Source: Blasia pusilla (lineage: Eukaryota). From it: a stretch of DNA of 64,000 nt. A model generated the notes under the pieces. That model was not told the DNA's origin. It saw nothing but the letters and a program-made list of their open reading frames with translations, and made no database searches. The stretch covers positions 36,022,001-36,086,000 of the forward strand of contig CM114271.1 in assembly GCA_050084515.1 (NCBI GenBank), in the 5' to 3' direction. Made by a program: the position numbers and the translations under genes. Of the stretch, positions 46,501 to 59,513 are shown one piece after another; position 1 is the stretch's first letter; the number at the start of each line of letters is the position of its first letter.

Positions 46501-49500
46501 ACCTGCGGACACGGGTGCGGGAGGGGGTGCTTTTATGAACACCTCCCCTACGTTGAGAGATGTTTTTAGGACCGCCGAGAACATTGAGCGCAACATGGCG
46601 GAGGAGAGCATAGCAACCATGGGTTCTAGGCGAGAGCGATCCACGATTATCGCACCACTGTGCAAAGCGTGGACTCGAGATAGGTCGATCGTGGCACCAC
46701 GAGCTCGGGGAGGATACCGAGAGGTCGTGCCCACGAGACTGCGCCTTCATATGCGGCTCGGCAAAGCACCGCCTACTTTTACTTGTTGGTCATGTGGTGG
46801 AGCCCATCATCGGCGCGATTGCACTCGTCGGGGTCATGGACGTGTGCCTCAAAGATGGAGGAGGAGATGGTCTCGCACCAAGGAGGTTATCAGTGTGACT
46901 ATTGTTAGAGGTATGGTCATACACGCGCCAGGTGTTTTAGTTTACATCCTGAGTTACGCCTGGACCGAGGGCAGAGAGGGCACCGAGCGAGTAGCCGGTC
47001 CGGGTGGGCCTAGAGATCGTGCTCGGTGGTCCGTTGGGGACGAGGAGCCGGAGTTGCCCGGCCAGGGTGGTGGAGCTGCCCGTGGAGAGGTAGAGTACCA
47101 CCACCTAGACGCGGTGAGGAGATGCCGGACGTGAGGCGGGATGGGCGCTCGAGATACAATAGCTACTACGAGGAGCGGATTGCCGCTATGGCATTGAGGT
47201 TACCCGATGCCGGATCCGTGGCATCGACATCATATGGAGCAGCCAGAGATCTGGAGGATCTTGGATGGATGTCTTGGGTTGCCAGATGGAGCAGCGACGC
47301 AGAGTTGATCCACATCGAGGGGAAGCGGTAGAGAGACTAGGCTTCCTCAATCTTTCACGTTGTCGAAGCGATGAGGACCCCATCGATGGGTCCTCATCAA
47401 AGTTCCTGGAGAGTTGATAATGTTGTTGGTGTGCAAGCACGGAGGGCGATGGGAGAAGCGAATGCAACGACTCCTATTGTTGATGCTTAGGAGGGGCATG
47501 TGTTGAGCACGTTGTTGGGGGCGGCCATCGTTGTGTATCGCACTCCTTTATTTTCTCGCTTCCGATGTTGTGACGTTGGGAGGTACGCCCGCCGAGGCAC
47601 CGGCTGGCCGCTTCACTATGTGAGCGGAGTTGGAGTTCGCATCACGTCAGAGGTGATTGCAGAGGAGGTGATGGACCTGCCCCTTGAGCGGATGCCGGGC
47701 CGCCCACGTCAGATTCATGGCAGGCTGCGGCTGCTAGGATGGCGGAGATGCCCGCTAGACCCGCGATAGAGCGTGCCATGGCTTCTCCTGGTATTGTGTT
47801 GCTAGATAACCGAGGAGAGGTCTTCCGGTTGGTGAGTCCTGGAGGTAGAGCTTTTAGTCCAGGCGTCTTGTTGGATTCAGAGCGCAACCCTTGATGTTGG
47901 GGAAAGCGTCATTGAGAGGATTGGGCTTGCGAGCCGATGTGGAGTGTTGTCCATTTAGGATCTGAGACATCTTTGGGTGGAGCGAGTACCACCGATATAT
48001 CACTTGACAGAGGTCGTGGTGAGGATTCGCCAGGACATCCTCTGAGATGAGTCCGTAGTGCGTGCCAAGGCGATAGTGATTGATCTTTGAGTCCTCACGA
48101 CGTCTTGGTTGGTGGAGCGATGTTATACCCGATGGGGTTTTCCCTGGATTCTTGGGAGGAGTCGGCGTCCCTCTGCACCAGGATGGCGATCAGGTGATGG
48201 GCGCCTTAGCTCATTACCCGTTCGATTCACAGTGCGATGATCGAGCAATGGCCAGGAGAGATGGCGACCTTAGCAAAGATTTAGCAAAGTGCCATCACTT
48301 GGCCTAGTGATTTGATTGAGGACATGTCCATGCAGAGTATACTCCGTTCAGACATTTCTATGGAGAGGAGTGTTATGGTATTGCATCATTCCGTGGAGGA
48401 GAGGTGCGGCTGTGGGGCTCGGCGAGGAGTTTCAAACGATTGGCAAATGCGCACGCACGTGGACCGTGTGGGCGAGGCGTTTGCACGAGGCGTGGTCAGT
48501 CCGAGGAACCCGAGGTAGCGGGAGTGCTACAATGACACCCTTGGATACTACACCCATTGTGTGGTGTGTACCTCGGAGGAGGGTATTCGAGTGTTAGATC
48601 TCTTTGGAGGGATTAGCATCGGGTTAGCTCTTGTTTTGCGGCAGGAGAGCGAGTACTGTGAGTACTTGTATGTGGAGAGTGATGATGTTGCAAGGCGCGT
48701 CTCACTCGACATGTGGCGCAATTACGCCCACGTTTTCCCGACTTATTATCTGCGTCCGCAGTCTGAGGGTACCAGAGTTCCCTACCGAGGGATATTTTGT
48801 TGTTGGGGCGCAGGACTTAGAGCGGTAGGGACCATTGATTTGGTCATTGTCGGTTGGCCATGTCGGGCCAATCGAGTCCGGACGAGGCGGCCGGGTTGGT
48901 GACACTTGGTCCGGGTTGTTTTTAGGAGATGTTGAGGGTCCTACGGGCGATTGGGTGGAGCACCGTCTCGTTCTCAGCCTACATTCGGAGAATGTGCCGA
49001 TCTTAGAGACTCCAGTCACGGGTCGTGGACGAGTGCTCATCAGTGCGCCTGGATCGCCCAAAGCAGTGTTCTTGGATGCGGCGAGTGTAGGTTCTAGAGC
49101 CCATCGCCCGCGTCTATGGTGGACCAACTTGGTGCCCCATGCGGTGTTATGGAGGGCGTATCAGAGTGGAGCGCCCCTCCCTTTGTTAGTGGATTCCATT
49201 CGGATCCAGTCGCCGATCCACAGCAAAGTGAGGCACGATGATCGACCACCGATCGTGCGGGTCAACGGGTAGGCAGGCGGGTAGCCTTGCCCACGTTTGT
49301 GAGTTTTTCCCGCTTCCTATGCATACAAGGAGGCCGGTCCTGGCTTGGTTTGGGATGACCAGGTTCAGCCGTTGGTGGAGCCTAACGCCGAGAGAGAGAG
49401 CGGTGATGGGATTTCCCCACAGAGTAGCGGAAGTACCATCGGTGTCGAGGCATCATGTCTTGGGTCGCCATGTCTTGGGTCAGGCGATGGACTGAATCGC

Positions 49501-51116
49501 TTGACATGGATCCTCGCTTGGGAGAGGTGAAGCGTCATATGAGATCGCGACAGATCACGGCCGGTTGCGTTAGTGAGCCCCATGCCTACCGAGATGGTGG
49601 AGGCGTGGGTCGGGGTGAGACCCGAGGAGATCTACGCACGGGGAGATCGGGAGAGACACCCTTGGACTTCATGGGATGTTTTGAAGGTACGCAAGGAGAT
49701 GATAGCCACAAAGATCGAGCATGGTTTTGCACCGCACGTGGAGGAGATCGAGTTTGCGATTGGCTGCAGGAGAGCGGCCGAGTGTTGTTGTTCGAGACGG
49801 GGGTTGCACCATAGCAACCACCGATACCCGCCGGAGAGTCCTACCATAGTCACGATGGAGACTTGGGAGCCGATATGGGCCCTAAGTTGACAGGAGGAGA
49901 GCGGCGCCGAATACATCAGTTCCTCGGAGTTATAGGAGCCGCTGCGTTTAGCATGGAGGATTTGGGTATTTGAATGGACCGGGATCCGCATTGAGTTGTC
50001 GAGTGATATGCCAATCTTCCGGCGACCCCTACAGTACTGATGATATGGAGAGGGCTCGATTGAGTAGGAGCAAGACTTGGTCGAGCAAGACTAGTGGAGA
50101 TGTCGCATGGGGAGTATGCTTACGCCCACTATCATGCCCGCCAAGAAGAATGTGCATGGCAACTGGACGGATAGGCGGATGTGTGGGGATTACCGACCTA
50201 TCAATCGCGACGAAGTCCGATAGGTATGCCATGCCCACCCCGAGGAGATCTTTGATGCGATTGGTCACGCAAAGGTCTTGATTCATTGATTTGCGAGTGG
50301 ATACCATTAGCCGCCTATCGATTGGAGGACAAAGAAGACGGCATTTTGGGGCATCGATCCTCACGGGAAGGATTGTTTGTACGAGTGGCGGTTCTTACCA
50401 TTTGGGTTAAAGAAGGGACCGGGGATTTGGGTACGCTGAAGGGACCGGGATCCGCATTGAGTTGTCGAGTGATATGCCGATCTTCCGACGACCCTACAGG
50501 TATAGTGATATGGAGAGGGCTCGATTGAGTAGGAGCCAAGACTTGGTCGGAGCAGGACTAGTGGAGATGTCGCATGGGGAGTATGCTTCTGCCATTGTCA
50601 TGCCCGCCAAGAAGAATGTGCATGGCAACTGGACGGATAGGCGGATGTGTGGGGATTACCGACCTATCAATCGGCGCACGCAAGTCCGATAGGTATGCCA
50701 TGCCCACCCCCGAGGAGATCTTTGATGCGATTGGTCACGCAAAGGTCTTGATTCATTGATTTCGAAGCCGATACCATCAGCGCCTATCGATTGGAGGACA
50801 GGTAAGACGGCATTTTGGGGCATCGAGCCTCATGGGAAGGATTGTTTGTACGAGTGGCGGTTCTTACCATTTGGGTTAAAGAACGCCCCGGCTGAGTTTC
50901 AGAGGGTCATGGATAGGATCTTGGCTGGTCTGGATTTTGCTAAGTGTTATATTGATGACATCATAGTCTTTAGCGCCACGGTTGAGGAGCACGAGCAACA
51001 TCTAGAGGAGGTGTTTCGACGATTGCAATTACATGGGCTGAAGCTACATCGAGGCAAGTGCAAGTTCTTCTACGACCAGATTGAGTACTTGGCTCATTCG
51101 ATATACCCAGGTGACT
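43540..51116 (+). mobile_element. Ty3/gypsy methyltransferase-bearing retrotransposon copy 2, 3'-truncated within RT
   Basis: Starts TGTCACGTC precisely within the Mutator-like ORF (empty site at ~59370); A-B terminus, leader, gag, PR, MTase ~48580-49520 (IRVLDLFGGISIG, VGWPC, ENVP, AHRPRLWWTNL, VMGFP, VLGQAMD), RT YIDD; many small indels. Confidence 0.92.
49958..50883 (+). repeat. ~460-bp tandem duplication of the RT N-terminal region
   Basis: GGATTTGGGTA..GGATCCGCATTGAG...GGGTTAAAGAA occurs at ~49958-50414 and ~50423-50883. Confidence 0.85.
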
Positions 51117-51133
51117 CAACCACCTGGATACGG

Positions 51134-51864
51134 GTATGGGGGCGGGTTGCTCCATGCCAATGCTCTCCAGAGCACCATGTAGCTCTTTGATTTTTTTTAG
51201 AGGTTTTCAATTTTCTTTGGAAGAAATCAGCACGGAAGTGTTGCCAAAATTTATGTAGGAGAAGAGACGTTGGGACTTACGACAGTCTTTGTCAGTTTTT
51301 ATTCGAAGGTCCGATTCAAAAAACTTTTTAACCCCATTCTAGATTGCAAAAATGCGGGGTGTACAATAGGCGGTCGTGATTTGGAGCTGCAAGCAAAAAG
51401 TTATGGTCAATCTTGCAAAATTGTCATTGTTAGGCAATTTTTACGGTAAAATTGTTCAAACCCTAAACCAGCCTCCGCGTTGGCAGCGGCCGTTTCCGTT
51501 AAAGTCATCGTCAATGGTCAACTGTCACCATGAATGGTCCACTAATGCTGTAATCGGTCCACCGTCATCATCAACAGTCCACCGTCCACCGTCAGCTGCC
51601 ACCGCCGCCTAGCTCTGCTCAGAGCCGCGTTCGGTCGTTGTCCGCCATTACCGCCATTACGGAGTGGACAATCTTCCACGATGACCATTGATTCTTTGAC
51701 TTGCGCCGCTACCAAGTACTTTATTGTGGCCGCCACTATCATTGCAGTTTCGTCATCAAGTAGTGATGGAAAGTGACCTCGGGTTATGATGTTTGAGATT
51801 TCATTTCATTTTGCTATGTTGTGATTGGTAGCCGCTCGACGATGATCGAGTACCGTGCGGTGAC
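51134..51864 (+). mobile_element. 5' leader fragment of a third member of the gypsy family
   Basis: Aligns to ~8430-9160 and ~44280-45045 (GTATGGGGGCGG...GTAGCCGCTCGACGA..GTGAC). Confidence 0.8.
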
Positions 51865-54800
51865 TGTGGAAAAGTGCGAAACAAGAATAATTGGTGGAAA
51901 ACGGCTTTCACACACACACACACACCACCATGGAGAACGAAATTTGCAATGGGAGAATAAGTGGAGGCTGGTCCTCTTCTCAATTATATAAGGTATGTAC
52001 AAGCAACCCTAATCCTACCCTTAACCATAGTCTTGAGTTAGCCTAACTGTGATTAACTAACTCTAGTTAAGATAATCGTGCTTAACTGACTAACTAAGAT
52101 TAAACTTCCCTACTTCATGTGAGTGCCAAATGTAGCAGTTCAGGTGTCTCATGAGCTTGACTGTAACTCAATCTTCAATACTCCCCCTCAAGCTCATATC
52201 GATATCTCTAATGCCTAAATCCTTTCTAAACATCTCAAACTTATCTCTAGACAATGCCTTTGTAAAGATGTCAGCAATTTGCTGCTCTGTACCTATATAC
52301 ACAAGATCAATTTCTCCTTCAAGCACTTTCTCTTTGATAAAATGATAGTGCACCTCAACATGCTTTGTATGAAAGCAGAAACACTGGGGTTATTAGCGAG
52401 CTTGATGCTACTAATATTGTTTGCATATATTACACTAGGTCCTAAGTTACTAGCATCAATCTCAACAAGTAATCGATGAAGCCACACCGCCTCACATGCT
52501 GCGTTGGTTGCTCCTCTGTTGAAGATAAAGCAACTGTAGGTTGCTTCTTTGAAACGCAACTTATAGGTGCGCTTCCCAAAATAAATGAATAACCAGATGT
52601 GGAGTGTCGATCAGATACGCTTCCTGCCCAATCAGTATCTGTGAATCCCTGTAATTGAAAACTCGGAGAAGGTTCAAATTGAAGCCCGAATTGAATAGAG
52701 AATTTCACATACCGCATAATCCTCCTTACAACATCAAGGTGAGGTTTTCGAGGTGCTTGCATAAACAAGCTCACTAGGCCAACAGCAAAGCTCAAATCTG
52801 GTCTGGTTATAGTTAGATAGATCAAACTTCCAACCATGCGCCTATACATATTGGAATCTGCAAGCAGCTCTCCTTCATCTACTCTTTGCTTCACGCTATG
52901 GTCCAACGGTGTAGAGATTGGCTTACAAGGCGTCATACCATATTTTGAAAGCATATGAAGAGCATATTTTTGCTGTAGTAACCACATGCTCTCTCCAACC
53001 TTGATAAACTCAATACCAAGGAAGTACTTGAGTTCTTCCAAGTCCTTCATATAAAATTCTGCTTGTAATTTAAGCTTGACTTCTTGTACCATTTCTTCAG
53101 TAGTCCCAGTAATCAAGAGATCGTCAACATACAACACAATGAGAACTGTATGATCTTGTCCTCTCAAGACATATAATGAGGAGTCATAATCACATACCCT
53201 AAGACCCAACTCTTGTAGGACGAATGTAATCTTCTATAACAAGCTCTTGGAGCTTTTTTGAGCCTGTATAGAGCTTTCTTCAACCTGCATACGCAAAATG
53301 GAAACTTGGGATGCTCGTATCCAGGTGGTTGAGTCATATATACCTCCTCGTATAGATCTCCATTCAAGAAGGCATTCTTGACGTCCATATGATGTAATCT
53401 CCACTTCTTACTTACTGCAACTGCAACCACTGTTCTCGTAGTCGCCATCTTTACAACAGGGTCAAATATTTCCTCATAATCAATACCATATTGTTGTGCA
53501 TAGCCCTTAGCCACCAATCTCATTTTGTATCTGTAAATTGTATCATCTTGATTGCGCTTGATTTTATAAACCCATTGCAACCAATAGCTTCCTTACCGGA
53601 AGGTATATCAACCAACTCCTATGTTTTTTGATGTCTTAATGCAGCAAGATCTTCCTCCATAGCTTCAATCCATTCAGCTTTACTCGTAGCTTCTTCAAAA
53701 TAACTCAGCTCCTGCTCTTGAAGGGTAGTCATCATATATACATGATGTGTTGCAAGGAAACCTTCATTTATGAATCTATGAACTGGATGTGTAACTTTAC
53801 TTGATCTACAAAGTTGTTGTTCCGAGGTAGATGCCTCTGACACCTGACTCGAGCTTTGACTAGTGTCAACAGACTGAATATGTACTCTTCCCATCCATGG
53901 ACTCACAAATTTAACTGATGAATCTAGGACCTCTCCTAATCCTGCACTAGTATTTGGGGAAGTTGAAGACAATGTCTATTGGTTTACAATCATATTCTCC
54001 CCCTCAACAGACAAGTTTAGAGGTGGGATAGGCTCAGATGGAGCATACCATAACTTTAGCTTATCAAAGACAATATCCCGACTAACAATAAGCTGCCTAG
54101 AGGATGGAATGTAGCACTTATATCCCTTAGTTTTATCAGCATACCCAATGAAGATACATCTTTCAGACTTGGGGTCTAATTTCTTACGTCTCTCAGAAGG
54201 AACATGAGCATAATAGATAGAGCCAAATACTTTCAAGAAGGAAAAATCAAGTTTACTTCCTCTGAAGACTTCGAATGGAGTTTTATCACGAACTCCTGCT
54301 ATTGGCGTTCGGTTGATTAAGAAGACTGCACATGCTACAGTTCTCTACCCAATACACCTTAGGCATGTTCTTCTCATTCAGCCTAGCTCGTGCCGCTTCA
54401 GCAATATGTCGATTTTCCTCTAAGCCACTCCATTTTGTTGTGGAGTGTAACGGCAAGTCACTTGAAGTTGGATGCCATACTGACGTAAATAGTTATCAAA
54501 ATTTGCTGAAAGATACTCTCATCCTCCATCACAACGCATTTTCAGAATGTGTTGTCCAATCTGCTTCTCTACTAGAACTCTGAATATTTTGAACATTGAG
54601 AATACCTCTGACTTGGATTTCAAAAAGTATACCCATATATACCTAGAGAAGTCATCAATAAATAAAACAAAGTACTGGCAACCACTAAGGCTATCTTGTG
54701 ATGCTGCCCAGACATCACTGTGGATCAACTCCAATATCTTGCATGCTCTATCTTGCTTTGGAAAAGGAAATCTAGCTTGTTTTCCAAATTGGCAAGCATG

Positions 54801-56630
54801 ATATATCTCTAAGGTAGCAGGACTCGCTAATTTAGGGATTTCTATTACTATATTAGATGATGAAAGACTCTGTAATCTTTGAAGATTCATAGGTCCAATT
54901 CTTTTATGCCAAACATTTAGATGTGTGACTTGTTGGCCGGTTTGACCATACATTGATGTTTGAATCTCTGGCATAGAAACATCTAATTTGAACATTCTGC
55001 CTGATCTAGTTCCTTTGGCTATCGTAGTCTGGTCATCCATTATTTCCATGAAATAACCATCTGCGTTAAGCTTCACTTGATAACCCTGTTCTACTATCTG
55101 TCCTACAGTGATCAGATTTCTTGCAATGGTAGGAACATACAGAATATTTCCAAGAGCACAAAGACCATCAGATGTTATTGGAACTTTACCGGTATGCGTG
55201 ATATAATATTGAGTGTCATCTCCCGTAAGCACAATTGCAGGATCTTTACCGGCTCCAAACTACTAAACCATTTCGCTTGTGAGGTCATATGATTTGATGC
55301 ACAGGAGTCAATGTACCAATCTGCTGTCAAGTCTTTCTTGACCATTGCTTCCATATGATGAGTCATGACCAAGAGATGGTCCGTTTGTGAATGTTGCTGT
55401 TCTTCGTACTGCTCTTGGTGTTGTTGCTCCACATAGTTTTGTTGTTGTAAGGCTCTTGTCCTCATATCTACCTTCTTCTTGAAGCAAAACTTTGCATAGT
55501 GACCCTTTATCCCATAGTAATTGCAAGATCCAGGGACCCTCTGACCTGTTGACCTCGACCCCAACAGTTTCCACCATCACCACCATGTGATTGTGTGTGT
55601 AATCTTGGTTAAGTAGTTGATTGAGTGACGATATATTGAATGTCTCTTCCTCCATATACTTGATATCCACCACGACCACGGAAGTTTGTGCCACAACCCC
55701 TACCTTTGTTTGATCCATAACCTGCGAATAGCGCACTCTCTTGCAGACTAGACGAGCTATCGCTGCCTACTAGGTACATCTCTTCACTGATCAACAGAGG
55801 AACTAACTCTTGAAAGGTTGGATACTTCTCTCTCATAGAGATAGAGGTCTCAAAGGACTTGTAATCCTTTGGAAGGCCTTGAAGAGTGAATAAGATCAGA
55901 TCATCATCTTCTACTATCACTCCACTGCTATTCAATTGATCAATAATATGTCTGATACTCAAAATATAATCATTGATGCTCTGCAATCATTTCCTCACTT
56001 CGTTCAATTTTTTTTTCAATTAAAGCTTTCTGGCCTTTGTAGATGTCTAGAACAGCTTTTCCAATGCATCCCAATTCTCCATCGGAGTATCAACATCTTG
56101 GATGTGACCTATCATTGGCGAACTGATCGTTATTGAAATGTAGTGGATTACTTGCCTTGCTTGTTTGTTCCAAGCGTGAACATTCAAGTCTGTTGATTCA
56201 TCTTTTGGCTTGGTTTCATCACCTGTGACAAGCTCCCATAGATCTTGACCCATGAATAATTGTTTCATTTGAAACTTCCAAACATTGTAATTCTGCTTGT
56301 CTAGCTTCTTGCATGTGATTGTTGCTGAGGAATACTCCATGATAAACGATTTCACTCACTAAAAATGTAATTTCAAGCTTTCTACTCCTCCAATTGAAGC
56401 ATAGACCACTCCTTCACAGAAATTGACCTGAAATTTTCCAAAATTGATCAATTGTTTGAAAGAACTAATCGGCCTATAGAGAGCAAACTTCACAACCTTT
56501 CTTCACTAATTGCACTTTCCTACACTGAAATTGCTGCTACAGGAGCTCAAAGTGTCAGAATCGAGCAATTTTGGGTGTGTCGGAAAGCTCTCGACGAGCT
56601 CCACACAACTTGTAGAGCTCTACACAAGCT
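51865..56630 (-). mobile_element. Ty1/copia retrotransposon copy 2 (same family), 3' LTR intact at 51865-52180, 5' LTR missing
   Basis: Minus-strand gag, IN (LELIHSDVW), RT (LYVDDL, TRPDLSFAV), RH (DWAG, ADIFTKAL); PPT at 52181-52191; LTR matches 34039-34342. Confidence 0.95.
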
Positions 56631-56633
56631 CTA

Positions 56634-59513
56634 AGTGGTGATGTAACCGAGTTTGGCAGCGGAAAGGTAACGTCAATTGTTACGAGGAAGAGCACATGAA
56701 ATTGCGAAATGAAAAATGGAACTGATCAAAACCTCAGCCTTTTATACTTTTCAAGCCGTTGAGCTAACCGATGGGTCATACCGATGGCAACGTATAGGCC
56801 ATTATGGATCTTTGCACATGGGAACCCAAACAATCCGTCGGTCTCCAATGGGTTGCACGCTTCCCTCATCTTGGAGATATAGGGCGAGTTACCGAGGCAA
56901 CGTGTCCCTCGTCCTTGGGTAACAAGGCGAGGTACCCAAGCAACCCGTCAGAGACCAACGGGTTGCACGTTTCCCCGGTCTTGGGGTAACAACTCGAGGT
57001 ACGCGTGCAACCCGTCGGTCTCCGACGGGTTGCACGCTTCCCCCGTCTTGGGATAGCAAGGCGAGGTACCCGTGCAACTTGTCGAAGATCGACGGGTTGC
57101 ATGCTTCTCCCATCTTGGAGTAACAAGGCGAGGTACCCACGCAACCCATCGGAGACCGATAGGTTGCACGCTTCCCGCATATTGGGGTAAGAGGTGAGGT
57201 ACCCGGGCAACCCCTCGGAGACCGACGCGTTGCACGCTTTCCTCGTCCTTGGGTAACAATGCGACAAAGCATGGTCCTGAGGCAAACGGTTGCCTTACAA
57301 CGGGTTACAAGCTCTACCCTAGGTTGGACACTTCCCACCATCCGGAAAATCTGCACTTTTGGTTTGCATGGTTCATTGGACAAGAGAAATCGACGCGAGA
57401 TCCAAAAGGGAAAGCGAGGTTAGGTGCTTTTGCAACCCGTCGCAGTCCCCAACAAGTTGCCGTAGCAAATCCATGCGATGTCTCGTGTCTCGATGTTAGC
57501 AAATCCCGACTCGAATCACACAGGTCAGACAAGCAAGGGGTACCAACCCAACGGACTCCAACGGGTTGCAAGTTGCACTCGGACTCTTACAGAAGATGGT
57601 AATCCGTGGCTTTGCAACCCACGTGTCTGAGTCCCAAAATTTGCAACCCGTCGGGCTCTAACAGGTTGCAATAGGATTGAATCCATTTTGTCAGACAATC
57701 TCACCTACCAAACAACATCTTGTCAGTTGAAGTTTGTCAGGGGAATAACGGTCACTATTTACTATAAATTAAACATTCTCATTCTCATTCTCCACCCAGT
57801 GGAATTATTTTGGAATGGATAATTTTGTGAAACTCACGTGTGGCAGTCATCTAGCGGCCCTTCTTCAATCACAAATAGTTTGACCGCAAGCTTGTGAATC
57901 TTACATACTAGTGGATGAAAATTTCCTTTCAGTGCGATTTCTTCTCCAAATTGGAACAATCTTTGTTTCGAAGGATGTTAGGGTGGACGGTACGGAGGAC
58001 GTTGTAGGTGAGACAGTCCAGCCAGTGATAGCAGACCGTAAAGTATGGAATCTCCTACCTCTAGAAAATGGTCAATACAGAGTTTATGGCTTGTCTCTGA
58101 ATTCCTCTGTTTCCCAAGTAGACGGTCTGGAATTTCCTACTGCACCGAGCTCTACGTTTTCTATTCCAAGCTCAGTAGATTCGGCATTGACTCCAACTCC
58201 ACACGTTCGTAACAATGTTGTACTTCCTGAAGATATTCCGGATGTCGTCAATCTCAGTGGAACTGTCGGACACCAACCGGATCCTCTGTCTGCCTACTCT
58301 TTCCTCTTGCGAGTATCAAGCAATAGTTTTTTGTTGTATCTGCCCTTTAAAATGTTCAAGCACATTCTTGTCGACGAGGTGCCGCCCACGTACGATGGTA
58401 AAATTTTTTTTGAGTTGCCTCCACTTACAGGTCCTGCTCAAAAGAAAGATGGAGGACGCTTGAAGGATATGGACAGAAAGTTTGATTGTCATTGATGGTA
58501 CAGGCTTCAACAGACTAGTGCTTCAATTCCGGATGGTCCTTGGATTGTTTCTCGCTGCCAATGCGTTGGATCCCTGGAGTGTAGAAGTCCGGCTTGTCAG
58601 TATCTAGAGCGCAATGGGCGAGTCAATACGTCACAATTCCCCCCTAAAGAATGCAAAAAATCCATATGAGGTCGGTGCGACGATACCGCAGGGAGGCCAT
58701 CGATGTCCTCATTGTCAATCATCCCCTTTCTACGTTGGAGCGTGTCCTACATACATTTTTTTCATTGTGCAGGACTTCAGTTCTACGTCCTAGTACACAA
58801 GGCTGGTAGTTCATGTTGCCTCCCACATTCATCCTGTTACCGGTGCAATTCAGAGACACATCAAGGAGGATGTGGCAAAGAAAGTGGCCGATGTATAGAG
58901 AATCTCTCCGGGATCAAAGCCAGGAGTGATCAAGTTGACAACAACATCAAAAATTTATGAACAACTGCTTGGAATCCCTGAGCAGGGCGAGATCACGGTT
59001 GTTGAGGAGAAACAACTCTGGGAAAATCTCGCATTTCTCGCTGATCTTGAATGCTTATGAATTTTTTTGCGTCAAATATGGGTATTGGATGGAAAGACTG
59101 CCAAAATGGATGCCATTGCCAGAATCAAGGCCAACTCTAAATTTCCATTTATTCAGAGACGACAGTTCATGGGCTAGGGAGGCGAAGGATCCAGGGCTTA
59201 TATCTTCAAAATGTCAACGACAGGGCCGTCGAGTGGCCTCGATCTTAGAGATCGAATGAGGTAAGGGGAAGATCTTACGGTAGTTGGATAAGCTTTGATA
59301 TTTGCTACAGAGTGCTGAATGGATGGTTGACCATGGGTGCTCACGTTTATGACCATGTGGAGAAGGGACTCAAAACTATATTTTTCTGTGAGGTAAAAGC
59401 ATAAGACATTGGTAGTTTGAAGATGTGTTGGTTACTCCTATTGGAGGTGGTGAAGGAAAAGAAAAGGCCACCTCCAAAAATTTATGGATTCATGGCGGAC
59501 AATGCACAACCTC
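56634..59513 (+). mobile_element. Mutator-like element copy 2 (internal part; GCM-like domain and MULE DDE transposase remnant ~57815-59513)
   Basis: Collinear with 41150-43539; continues to FDICYR...KTIFFCEVK...GFMADNAQ, fitting the first two acidic residues of a MULE-type DDE core. Confidence 0.75.
56826..57310. repeat. Tandem array of 66-67 bp units, each with a 12-bp inverted repeat
   Basis: Units start at 56940, 57007, 57074, 57141 and 57207; core GCAACCCGTCGG-NNN-CCGACGGGTTGC; looser copies continue to ~57670. Confidence 0.92.

Noticed and set aside
56826-57310. CRISPR-like appearance (palindromic ~28-bp core with ~38-bp intervals)
   Set aside because: The intervals are themselves homologous repeats, not unique spacers; no cas genes; eukaryotic transposon context.
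56866-57383. Minus-strand ORFs with repeated peptide units (also 41197-41856)
   Set aside because: A 67-bp period shifts frame between units; the ORFs are by-products of a GC-rich DNA repeat.
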